NCBI GenBank assembly: GCA_040218735.1
Contig: JAVJQW010000019.1
Location: 64,001-128,000 of the forward strand
From: Deltaproteobacteria bacterium
GTDB lineage: Bacteria > Myxococcota > Kuafuiibacteriia > Kuafuiibacteriales > Kuafuiibacteriaceae
DNA length: 64,000 nucleotides
Direction of reading: 5' to 3'
Shown here: piece after piece, positions 36,535 to 45,396 of the stretch
Layout of the letters: every line of letters starts with the position of its first letter
Position numbering within the stretch: position 1 is the stretch's first letter
Made by a program: the position numbers and the translations under genes
The notes under the pieces: model-generated
The model's input: the letters and a program-made list of their open reading frames with translations, nothing else
Databases searched by the model: none
Told to the model about the DNA's origin: nothing

Positions 36535-37740
36535 TCAATCGCGCGAGGCCCGCTTCTTCTTCCGCCGCGCCTTGCCTTTTCGTTTCTTCGGCGGCGCCTT
36601 CTTGCCGAGGTCGGGCGTGAGGAGATCTTCCTCTTCGGGATCGAGCCCGTCGAGCGGATCTTCCGGTGCCGGCGGCGGCGGCGGACGACGCATCGCCTCG
36701 CGTCGCTCCGCGGGGGAGGCCAGGTGCCAGTACGTGCGCTTCGCGAGCCGCGCGACGACGTCCTCGGAACGTTTGCGCCCGCTGTTCTTCACCGCGATCG
36801 CGAACACCACCGGCCGCTTCTCGCTCATGTAGAAAACGGAGAAGTCGCAGATGCGCCGGAACTGGGTGCCCGTCTTGTGTGCGAGCGGGATGGAGTCGGG
36901 GAGACCGGCGCGGACGCGGCGCCGGCCGGTCTCGGTGCCGAGCATGACCTTGATCATCGCTTCGCTCGCGGCGCCGTCGATGACCTTCCCGGTGGCGAGT
37001 TGTTCGAGGAGAGCCCCCATCGCGGAGACCGGCGCCGTGTTGTAGCCCTGCGCGTAGTAGTCGTAGAACGCGCGCGAGTAGTCGGAGGTGGTGAACGTGC
37101 CGGGTGGCTCGTCGAGCATCTGCGTGAACTTGAGGAGGCGTTTCTCGAGCGGACGCGTGACGCCGAGACTGAAGATGTCCTGCGGCGAGAACGACGCGGT
37201 GCGGGTGTCGATCTGGCGGTAGACCAGGCGGCGAACGTCGAGGAGCGTGGTGATGGGACCGAAGCCCTCCAGGCCCATCTCTTTCAGCACGGCGTTCACG
37301 TTTTCGAGGCCGACGTGGCGGATGACCATGTCGGTCGCGGCGTTGTCGCTCTGCTGGATCATCGCCTCCACGAGGATGCGGAGCGAGACCGGCGTCCCCA
37401 CGCGAAGGAACGACAGGAGCGGAGCACCGTCACGGACGTCGGCGGCGGTGTAGATCATCTCCTCGTCGAGCGTCGTCTGGCCGGCGCGGATCTGCTTGAA
37501 GAGGGCGATCATCACCGGGACCTTCACGCCGGACGCGAGGTACATCGGGGTGTTCGCGTTGTAGGTGTACTTCACCCCCGTGGAGAGGTCCTTCACGTAC
37601 AGCGCGAACTCGCCGTTGAAGCCCTTGGCGATCTTGACCACGTCCGACTGCAGCTCGACCGGCCACGTCGGCAGATGAGGTTCCTCGGCGCGCGCCGTCG
37701 AAGCCGCGAAGACGAACGTGAGCGCGAGGAGGGGGCGCAC
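36535..37740 (-). CDS. Class A beta-lactamase-like serine hydrolase
   Basis: Signal peptide; ASGVK (SxxK), SDN, HKTG; acidic/basic low-complexity tail. Confidence 0.85.
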   Translation of the reverse strand: MRPLLALTFVFAASTARAEEPHLPTWPVELQSDVVKIAKGFNGEFALYVKDLSTGVKYTYNANTPMYLASGVKVPVMIALFKQIRAGQTTLDEEMIYTAADVRDGAPLLSFLRVGTPVSLRILVEAMIQQSDNAATDMVIRHVGLENVNAVLKEMGLEGFGPITTLLDVRRLVYRQIDTRTASFSPQDIFSLGVTRPLEKRLLKFTQMLDEPPGTFTTSDYSRAFYDYYAQGYNTAPVSAMGALLEQLATGKVIDGAASEAMIKVMLGTETGRRRVRAGLPDSIPLAHKTGTQFRRICDFSVFYMSEKRPVVFAIAVKNSGRKRSEDVVARLAKRTYWHLASPAERREAMRRPPPPPAPEDPLDGLDPEEEDLLTPDLGKKAPPKKRKGKARRKKKRASRD

Positions 37741-37781
37741 CGTCGCGATCCTGCCGGGTCGATCGACGTTCCGCAAACGCC

Positions 37782-38858
37782 TCAGGACCCCTTCTTCGCG
37801 TGATCGGCCAGGATGAGGTCGTACGCCTTGCGGGCGATCCGCGCGATCGCCGCCTCCGAGGACGGCACGGTTCCGCCCTTGGTGCAGGCGGTGACGATCA
37901 TGGGTTTGCCGTCCGGGAGAAACACCACGCCGAGGTCGCAGAGGCGCTCGAACTGACTGCCGGTCTTGTGCGCGACGCGCGTCCCTCGCGGGAGGCGGCC
38001 CAGAATGCGGTGCGTGCTCGTGCGCGCGCCGGTCATCAGCTCGAGCATCTCTTCGCTCGCCTTCGCGGAGACGAGCTGCTTGCGGAGCATCTTCTCGAAC
38101 ACGAGTCCGACGGTCGCCATCGGGGCGTTGTTCACTTCGGTGGCGTAGAAGCGGTCGTACGCCTTCATGAGGTCGTCCTTGGAGTAGGTCCGGCGGGGGA
38201 CCCCGAGCATCTCGTTCAGCTTCGCGATCTGCGGGTTCCAGATGCGGGTCCAGCGGATCGTGCGGACCTCCAGGGGGGTGAGGTCGTCGGCGGTGACGTC
38301 GAGGTTGCGGTAGATGCCCCGACGGACGTCGACCAGGTACGTCAGGGGCGTGAACCCTTCGAGGCCCTCGTCGACGAGGCCGCGGTTGATCGCCTGCAGG
38401 TCGGCGCGCTCCGCGAGGATGTCCGACGCGGCGTTGTCACTCGACCGCATCATCCAGTCGAGGAGGGTGTGGATCGACACCTGCGTCCCCAGCTCGATCT
38501 TGTTCGACCGGGGGCCGCCGTCGCGCAGGTTCTTCTCGGTGAAGGTGATCTTCTCGTCGAACGTGAGCCCGTCGTGCTCCCGCGCCCGAAAAATCCCGAT
38601 CATGAACGCGATCTTGACTCCCGACGCGAGATAGAACGGTTTGCCAGCGTTGAACCCATACCGGTAGCCGCGGTAGGGGTCGGAGACGTAGGCGGCGAGC
38701 TCGCCGGAATAACGACGATTGATGCGCTCGATTTCGCGGTCCAGGTCCTTCGTCCAAGGCGCCGGCTTCAGCTCGGCGATCGGCACGAGCTCGACCTCCT
38801 CGGCGGACGCCGAGGACGCGAACAAACCCAGGGCGATGGCGAGCGCGAAGATCCGCAA
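37782..38858 (-). CDS. Class A beta-lactamase-like serine hydrolase (tandem paralogue)
   Basis: ASGVK, SSDN, HKTG; signal peptide LRIFALAIALGLFASSASA. Start approximate. Confidence 0.83.
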   Translation of the reverse strand: MRIFALAIALGLFASSASAEEVELVPIAELKPAPWTKDLDREIERINRRYSGELAAYVSDPYRGYRYGFNAGKPFYLASGVKIAFMIGIFRAREHDGLTFDEKITFTEKNLRDGGPRSNKIELGTQVSIHTLLDWMMRSSDNAASDILAERADLQAINRGLVDEGLEGFTPLTYLVDVRRGIYRNLDVTADDLTPLEVRTIRWTRIWNPQIAKLNEMLGVPRRTYSKDDLMKAYDRFYATEVNNAPMATVGLVFEKMLRKQLVSAKASEEMLELMTGARTSTHRILGRLPRGTRVAHKTGSQFERLCDLGVVFLPDGKPMIVTACTKGGTVPSSEAAIARIARKAYDLILADHAKKGS

Positions 38859-38883
38859 GAGCGCCGCGAACCTAACACACCGC

Positions 38884-40242
38884 GTGGCCGTCGTCGTGTC
38901 GCTCGCCGCGTTCGTCGGCTGCGCGACGCCGACCGAGTGGCGACGCCAACAGCAGAACGACTTCGAAGACGAAGAAGCGCAGATCGTCGAACGCCAGCCG
39001 ACGAAGAAGAAGGGCAAGCGCAAACGTCGTCGGCGCCGTCGTCGCTCTCGCGACCCGGAGTCGCGCGAGCTCGACGGGCTCGCGTTGAAGCTCGGCGCCG
39101 CCGCGGAGGCGATCGAGAACCCGTGCAAGAACCCGCTGTGCACGAGCCGGGCGCTCGACCCATTCTTCAAGAAGCTCGACGAGATCCAGAAGGACCGTGA
39201 CGGACACGCACGCGTTCTGCACCTCGGCGACTCACACATCGCGGCCGACTACATCACGCGCGTCGTGCGGCGCCGTCTGCAGGAGCGGTTCGGCAACGGC
39301 GGGCGCGGCTTCGTCGCGATCGATCAGCGCGCACGCTACGGCGGTCGGCGCCTCAAACGCGCCGGCTTCACGCGGACGCGCATCGTCGACAAGGGCCACG
39401 GCGGCGAGCCGTTCGGCTTCTCCGGTATGGCGATCCACGCTGCGCGCGGCGGTGCGAAGGTTTCGTTCGAGCTGGAGCCGGAGGACGACGACCTCGTCGT
39501 CTACTACCTCGCCGAGCGCTCCGGCGCGGAGGTGAAGATCTACGTCGAGAAGGAGGAGGTCGGCACGCTCGACACCCGCGCGCGCAACGTCGCGAGTGAG
39601 ACGAAGCGCTTCGAGATCCCGATGCACCGCCTCGGCGGCGCGACGCCGCCCGAGTGGATGGAGATGGTCACGGAGTCGCGCGGCCCGACGTTCATGGGGC
39701 TGTCGTTCGAGTCGATCGAGCCCGGCGTCATCTACGACTCGATCGGCCCCGTCGGCGCCGACGCGCGGGTGTACCTCAGCCTCGACAAGGAGAGCCTGCG
39801 CGACCACATGAAGGCGGCGAAGCCGAACCTCGTGGTGCTGATGGTCGGCGGCAACGACGCGCTGATGGTGCGGCAGAACAAACGCACGCTCGCGCAGGTG
39901 AAGAAGGATCACGTCGCGTTGATCCGCCGCCTCAAGAAGTACGCGCCGCAGTCGGCGTGCCTGATGTTCGGACCGATGGACGCCGCCGAGCGCCTCGACG
40001 ACGGCACCGTCGTCACGAAACGCTTCGTCCCGGAGATCAACGAGATGCAGCGCGAGGTCGCGAAGGAGGAGGGGTGCGCGTTCTGGGACACGTTCGCCTC
40101 GATGGGCGGCCCCGGCGCGTTCGGCGTGTGGCTCGAGGAGGGCATCATGAACCAGGACCTCGTGCACCCGCGCTCCAAGGGCGGCGATCTCCTGGGGCAC
40201 CTCTTCGCGCGCGCCCTGATGGACGCGTACCTCGGGCGATGA
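38884..40242 (+). CDS. SGNH/GDSL hydrolase-family lipoprotein (possible peptidoglycan O-acetyl transferase/esterase)
   Basis: Lipobox FVGC; LHLGDSH, GGNDA and DLVHP catalytic blocks. Confidence 0.82.
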   Translation: MAVVVSLAAFVGCATPTEWRRQQQNDFEDEEAQIVERQPTKKKGKRKRRRRRRRSRDPESRELDGLALKLGAAAEAIENPCKNPLCTSRALDPFFKKLDEIQKDRDGHARVLHLGDSHIAADYITRVVRRRLQERFGNGGRGFVAIDQRARYGGRRLKRAGFTRTRIVDKGHGGEPFGFSGMAIHAARGGAKVSFELEPEDDDLVVYYLAERSGAEVKIYVEKEEVGTLDTRARNVASETKRFEIPMHRLGGATPPEWMEMVTESRGPTFMGLSFESIEPGVIYDSIGPVGADARVYLSLDKESLRDHMKAAKPNLVVLMVGGNDALMVRQNKRTLAQVKKDHVALIRRLKKYAPQSACLMFGPMDAAERLDDGTVVTKRFVPEINEMQREVAKEEGCAFWDTFASMGGPGAFGVWLEEGIMNQDLVHPRSKGGDLLGHLFARALMDAYLGR

Positions 40243-40252
40243 TCGTCGGGCG

Positions 40253-40867
40253 ATGATCGCGTGGTCCAAGCTCGCGCTGCACCGGCGCGAGATCGCGAAG
40301 CGCTGGCGCTCGGTCTACGCACTCCCGATCGTTCGCCGCGGTAAAGCACTCGCGGCGGAGACGATCCAACCGGGGTGGTCGGTCCTCGAAGTCGGCGCGG
40401 GGGACGCGAGCCTCGCGAAGCGACTCCCGGACGGCGCGACGTACGCGTCGATGGACATCGACCCAGAGGTCGACGCGACCTACCACGACCTCGACGGCAT
40501 CGACGTGACGTTCGACTGCGTCGTCGCGATCGAAGTGATCGAGCACCTCCCGGTCGACGACGTGCTGCCTTGGCTCTCGCGCCTGGTGTCGCTCCTGAAA
40601 CCCGGCGGCACGCTGCTGCTGACGACGCCGAACATCTACTGCCCGTCGGCGTTCCTGCGCGACGCCACGCACCGCACGCCGATCGCCTACGACGAGCTCG
40701 GCGGCCTGGTGACCGCGGCGGGGACGACGGTGCGGGCGATGTACCGGATCGACGGCGACGCGGCGCTGCGGCGGGGGATCAACCGATACCTGCTGTTCTG
40801 GCTCTATCGTCTGATGCGCCTCGACCACGCGCAGCGCGTGGCGGTGGTCGCGACGCGCGTAGACTGA
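40253..40867 (+). CDS. Class I SAM-dependent methyltransferase
   Basis: VLEVGAG, FDCVVAIEVIEHL, LKPGGTLLLTTPN. Confidence 0.85.
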   Translation: MIAWSKLALHRREIAKRWRSVYALPIVRRGKALAAETIQPGWSVLEVGAGDASLAKRLPDGATYASMDIDPEVDATYHDLDGIDVTFDCVVAIEVIEHLPVDDVLPWLSRLVSLLKPGGTLLLTTPNIYCPSAFLRDATHRTPIAYDELGGLVTAAGTTVRAMYRIDGDAALRRGINRYLLFWLYRLMRLDHAQRVAVVATRVD

Positions 40868-40985
40868 ACGCGGGACGCAGATCATCTTCACGCGATCGCT
40901 GCGACGCGGATGTCGTGGTCGACGACGGCGAGGCCAGGGATCTGGTGAAGGCGGCGGTGGTCTCCGGCTTGCTCGATCCGACGCC

Positions 40986-41783
40986 GTGCATCGACCCTTC
41001 GCGCTCGCCGCCCTCTCGACCCTCGTACTGCCCGGTACGGTGCTCGCCGACGCTATCGACATCCCCACGCCCGCGCCCTGCCCGACGACGCAGCTTCGGC
41101 ACCGCGTCTTGCTGCCGTTCGACCAGGCGCAGGACGTCCCGGTGAACGCGTCCATCTGGGCGATCGAGGACACGCAGAACGGGGGACCGCCCCTCGAGGT
41201 CATCGACACCACGACGAACGAGGCGGTCGCGCTCGACGCGTCGTACCACGCCACGGCGGTCGGCGTGGTGGTGCAGCTCGCGCCCGTCGACGCGCTGATG
41301 CCCGGGCGGACGTACGAGATCCGCAACGCGGGGACCGACGCTCGGCGGTTCACGACGGGGAGCGACCGCGACGACATCGCCCCGCGCGCACCGTCTTTGG
41401 GGAACGGCTACGCGCAGTACCTGACCTGCACATCCGCGTACGGATTGGCGGTGGCGTTCGACGCGGAGATCAACACGCTGACGTTCGCGAGGCGCACCGA
41501 CGGGACGCTCATCGGATTCGCGGAGCCGTCGTACCCGCTGACCGTCGCCGGCGACCTCGATGCCCAGGTGGAGTTTCGCGCGTACTCGGTCGACCTCGCG
41601 GGGAACGTGGGCGACGACAGCGCGACGCGCCGTCAGGAGATCGTGGTGTCGGACGGAGCGACGGATGACGGCGTCGGGTGCACGTGCGCTGCTCCGGGTC
41701 GCGCCGGGATCGCAGCGGGCCTCCTGCTGTTCCCGCTCCTGATCGCGGTCCGAAGGCGACTCGCACGCACGAGCGCCGCATGA
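40986..41783 (+). CDS. Secreted Ig-like protein with MYXO-CTERM-like tail
   Basis: Signal peptide; DDIAPRAP and VDLAGN motifs; tail GCTCA...LLLFPLLIAVRRR. Confidence 0.75.
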   Translation: MHRPFALAALSTLVLPGTVLADAIDIPTPAPCPTTQLRHRVLLPFDQAQDVPVNASIWAIEDTQNGGPPLEVIDTTTNEAVALDASYHATAVGVVVQLAPVDALMPGRTYEIRNAGTDARRFTTGSDRDDIAPRAPSLGNGYAQYLTCTSAYGLAVAFDAEINTLTFARRTDGTLIGFAEPSYPLTVAGDLDAQVEFRAYSVDLAGNVGDDSATRRQEIVVSDGATDDGVGCTCAAPGRAGIAAGLLLFPLLIAVRRRLARTSAA

Positions 41784-41864
41784 CCCGAATGTCGCGGTGC
41801 CGCACGTGACGGTTTCGCGCATCGACGAAACCAGGTGGCCTCGGATTTGCTCCTCCGAGATCAC

Positions 41865-42641
41865 ATGAAACGCACCCTCGCCTTCGCTGCCCTGTCGACC
41901 TTCGGACTGCCCGCCGCGGCGTTCGCCGACGCCGCCCCCTTCCGGGCGCCGCCCGTTTGTCTGGGGACGCAGGTGCGTCACCGCGTCATGCTCCCCACCA
42001 ACGGAGCGCGGGACATCCCGCTGAACGCTTCGATCTGGGCGATCGAGGACACGCGGAACGGCGACGTGCCGCTGGAGCTCATCGACACCGTGACGGACGA
42101 GGCGATCGCGCTCGACCCGGTCTACTACCCGACCGCGACGGGCGTCGTCGTGCAGTTCAAGCCGACGGAGGACCTGCAGCCGAGCCGGGTCTACACGGTG
42201 CGGAACACCCATCGCCCCGACTACCAGTTCACAGCGGGCCGCGACCGTGACGAGGTCGCGCCGCGCGCGCCGACGATGCTGGACGGGTTCGGCCAGTACT
42301 TCGCTTGCGGCGAGACGTTCGGCCTCGCGGTGTTCCTCGACGCCGAAGCCGACACCCTCACCTTCGCGGAGCGCGCCGACGGGGCGCTCCTCGGCTACTC
42401 GGAACCGTTCGACGCGCTGCAGGTCGCGGGCGAGGTCGAAACCGAGGTCGAGTTCATCGCGTACTCGGTCGACCTCGCGGGCAACGCCAGCGAGGACACC
42501 GACACCCGTCGGCAGAAGATCGAGGAGACGCAGAGCTCGACGATCCTCCCGTTCGGATGCACCTGCGCCGACTCGGGACGCGCGGGGCTCTGGGCCGGGC
42601 TCCTGCTCCTCCCGCTCGCGCTCCTGGCCCGCCGCCGGTGA
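41865..42641 (+). CDS. Secreted Ig-like protein with MYXO-CTERM-like tail (tandem paralogue)
   Basis: Colinear with the previous gene (NASIWAIEDT, YSVDLAGN); tail GCTCA...LLLLPLALLARRR. Confidence 0.78.
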   Translation: MKRTLAFAALSTFGLPAAAFADAAPFRAPPVCLGTQVRHRVMLPTNGARDIPLNASIWAIEDTRNGDVPLELIDTVTDEAIALDPVYYPTATGVVVQFKPTEDLQPSRVYTVRNTHRPDYQFTAGRDRDEVAPRAPTMLDGFGQYFACGETFGLAVFLDAEADTLTFAERADGALLGYSEPFDALQVAGEVETEVEFIAYSVDLAGNASEDTDTRRQKIEETQSSTILPFGCTCADSGRAGLWAGLLLLPLALLARRR

Positions 42642-42645
42642 CGGT

Positions 42646-43677
42646 TCAGCGAAGGCCGTAGAAGCGCGCCGCGGTCAGGTTCTCCTCGAACCTCAGGTCG
42701 TAGCGACGCTGGAGCTGCGCGACCAGCCGTCGGTAGGTGGCCGGCGGGAGGTAGCCGGGCTGGTGCGGCGAGAGCACCCAACGGCCGGGCCGCCCCATGA
42801 CCGGCGTGCGCCGGAGGACGACCTCGGCGGCGAGGACTCGGCCCGTCGCGGTCTCGACGATTGCGCGCTCCACGCGCGCGTAGGTCGCGAGCGCTCGCGT
42901 GATGACGAAGGTGCGGGGGAGCCCCGGCTCGGCGACCGGCGGTCGCGCCGCGGCGATCTCGCGATCGACGACCGCCGGGAGGCGGCGGTAGAAGCGCCGC
43001 AGCGCAGACACGGCGACCACGCCTCGGTTCGACTCGTGGTTCGGGGCCTTGAACGACTCCACCGACCCCGTGCTGCCACCGTCGAGCCGAGGGTCGAAGA
43101 TCGCGCTCTGGTTGATCCAACGACGTGCGACGAGCGCACCCGTCTTGGCGTCCTGAATCACGACCCGCACCGCGACCTGTCCGGCGGGAAATACGGAGGC
43201 CCGGTCGAGGGTGCCGCCACCGGCGGACAGTTGGATCCAGTGCTCCTCGTAGCTCACGCCGTAGAAGTGATGGACTTCGGTCCCGAGCACGAACTCCGCC
43301 GCCTCGCGCTCGTCCGTGACCTCGCAGAACGCGGCCGCCTCGAGCGTGGCCTTGATCCCCACGCGGAGATCATCGACGAACCGTTCGCCCCGAATGCTCT
43401 GCGAGGCTTGGTACGTGATGAACTCCGTCGACTGAATCCACATCACCGGAATGAGCGGCAAGAGCAGACGGAGGTGTTTGTTCTCGCCGCCACGGCGCTC
43501 GTGCTCGGGGCGAAGATCCACTGGGCGCTCGACCAACACGCTGCACGCGCGCTTCGGCAACGCGATCGGCTGACGCTCGAGCGGCTCCGAGCCCATGTTC
43601 CGTTGCGCGAACGTCGCGGTGCAGCCGGTACCGACGACGAAGACGGCCGCGATGGGGAGGTAGCGATGGGACTTCAT
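42646..43677 (-). CDS. Hypothetical lipoprotein
   Basis: MKSHRYLPIAAVFVVGTGC; ATGA-coupled to the upstream gene. Confidence 0.62.
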   Translation of the reverse strand: MKSHRYLPIAAVFVVGTGCTATFAQRNMGSEPLERQPIALPKRACSVLVERPVDLRPEHERRGGENKHLRLLLPLIPVMWIQSTEFITYQASQSIRGERFVDDLRVGIKATLEAAAFCEVTDEREAAEFVLGTEVHHFYGVSYEEHWIQLSAGGGTLDRASVFPAGQVAVRVVIQDAKTGALVARRWINQSAIFDPRLDGGSTGSVESFKAPNHESNRGVVAVSALRRFYRRLPAVVDREIAAARPPVAEPGLPRTFVITRALATYARVERAIVETATGRVLAAEVVLRRTPVMGRPGRWVLSPHQPGYLPPATYRRLVAQLQRRYDLRFEENLTAARFYGLR

Positions 43678-44300
43678 GAGCGTGCTCCGGTGATCTCGTG
43701 GACGAGGTACTGCGCGACGACGTCCAGCGCATCGACGTCGGTTCGAATCAGCAGGCGATGGGTGCCCGTGCGCACCACGCCACCGCCCCAGCGATAGCGA
43801 TAGACGACCCGCACGAGGTCGACGCACGTCTGATCGTCGAGCTCTGACATCTGTTCGTCGCGCTCCCAGCGATGAATCTCGAAGGCGTCGATCGTGACCT
43901 CGAGTCGGTCGAGCTCGACGCCGGCGAGTGCCTCGGATCCCGGCGCCGACGCCCGATCGGAAACGACGAAGACAGAGGCGCCGCCGCTTCGGAGCCCGTC
44001 GACCGTGCGATCACGCAAGTGCTCGACGAGGTTGGGGACGACGTAGATCTCTGCGACGGGAACCGCCTCGCGCTCGTCGAGGTAAGAACCGTGCGGTGCG
44101 AGCGTTCGGTCACCGAACGGGAGTACAAGCACCGGACGCTTGCGCCCCTTCGAAGGAGCGGCGCCGGGCGCCGCCGAGAACCCGCCGTGCTCGGCGAGTG
44201 CGGCTTCGAACAGTGGGAGCGGGTTGAGGTGGAGGCCGGCGCGTCGATGGGAAGCGCAGCCGGCGAGGCACACGAGCGCCACGACGCTCGCCCACCTCAC
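43674..44300 (-). CDS. Hypothetical lipoprotein
   Basis: MRWASVVALVCLAGC lipobox; GTGA coupling. Confidence 0.62.
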   Translation of the reverse strand: MRWASVVALVCLAGCASHRRAGLHLNPLPLFEAALAEHGGFSAAPGAAPSKGRKRPVLVLPFGDRTLAPHGSYLDEREAVPVAEIYVVPNLVEHLRDRTVDGLRSGGASVFVVSDRASAPGSEALAGVELDRLEVTIDAFEIHRWERDEQMSELDDQTCVDLVRVVYRYRWGGGVVRTGTHRLLIRTDVDALDVVAQYLVHEITGARS

Positions 44301-44605
44301 GGCTTCACCGCCCGCTCGGCTTCCGCCTTCGCGACCTCTTCCAGCTTCGTCTTCGTGACGACGTCGCCGGGTAGCAGCGTGGAGCCTTGGTGCTCGTCGT
44401 CGCGGTGGACCTCGCGGAGGGAACGCTTCGCGATGGTTGTGTGGGTGTCATTCAACGTGCGGTGGTCCAGGGCGAAGAACCCCTGGTGGAGCGCCCGCCA
44501 CCCGCGACCCTTGGGCGGGGGCGCAGGAGGCCGAGCGGAAGCGCAAGCGGCGGTGAGCAGGACGGCGCTCAGCGCCATCGTCCAGGGGCGTCGGGAGGCA
44601 GGCAT
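44297..44605 (-). CDS. Small hypothetical lipoprotein
   Basis: MALSAVLLTAAC lipobox; first of three coupled lipoprotein genes. Confidence 0.55.
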   Translation of the reverse strand: MPASRRPWTMALSAVLLTAACASARPPAPPPKGRGWRALHQGFFALDHRTLNDTHTTIAKRSLREVHRDDEHQGSTLLPGDVVTKTKLEEVAKAEAERAVKP

Positions 44606-44676
44606 GGCGCTACCGAGTGCAGCGGACATGCCAGCGGAGAGCGCGGTGCTTTGGTGCGGGTGCCCTGGAGCGCCGA

Positions 44677-44725
44677 ACGAAGCTCGGACGAAGCTCGGAC
44701 GGCCGGCGAACGAATTTCGGACGAA
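44677..44725. promoter_or_regulatory. 11-bp-periodic direct repeats (putative wHTH regulator site)
   Basis: ACGAAGCTCGG at 44677 and 44688; ACGAATTTCGG at 44710; ACGAA at 44721; located in a divergent intergenic region. Confidence 0.45.
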
Positions 44726-44900
44726 CGCGGTTCGCGAGCCGCCCGGCGGGGATCGCGGTGGGGCTCCAGTTCCGGTCGCTCGTGTTCCTGGGCGGTCGTC
44801 GTGGGCCGGGAGGCGCCTCGGGGGCACGATGGGACTTCTGCCTCGGCGGCGTTCGAATCTGTCGTTGCCGAGAGGTCGCACCTTTGCCGATGATTGGGGG

Positions 44901-45335
44901 GTGCGATTCCGGCACGGACCGCTCGAGCTGGAGCTCCCCGAGGGGTGGGCGGACCAGTCCACGTTGGCGTTCGTCGCGCCGGCGGAGGCGCCGCGGGTCC
45001 TGACGACCGCGGCGGTCACGCCGCCGACGGAGGCGGTGCAGATCAACTTCGTGGCGGGTGCGCCGGATTCGATCCTGGAGGCGCAGGCCGCGGAGCTCGG
45101 CGAGGAGCACCGGGTCGAGGTGCTGGAGCGCCGGGACTTCTCGTGCGCGCTGGGTGCGGGGCGGCTGTTCCACCAGCGCATGACACTCGCGGAGCAGTCG
45201 CTCGATCAGCTGGTGTTCGCGGTGGCGGTCGGCGACGCGACGGTGCTCGCGAGCGCGGCGTGCGCGACGGAGCGCTTCGCGGCGAAGCGCGCGACGCTGG
45301 AGGGCGTGCTCGCGTCGATCGGAGCGTCGTCGTGA
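44901..45335 (+). CDS. DcrB/DUF1795 (EagR-like) protein
   Basis: LELPEGWADQSTLAF N-terminal motif, PsbP/Mog1-like pattern, F....ATLEGVLAS ending. Confidence 0.65.
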   Translation: MRFRHGPLELELPEGWADQSTLAFVAPAEAPRVLTTAAVTPPTEAVQINFVAGAPDSILEAQAAELGEEHRVEVLERRDFSCALGAGRLFHQRMTLAEQSLDQLVFAVAVGDATVLASAACATERFAAKRATLEGVLASIGASS

Positions 45336-45396
45336 ACGGATCGCGCCACCGGAACGGCGCATCGCGGCGTGACGTCGTGGAGATCGGAGCGTCGTC

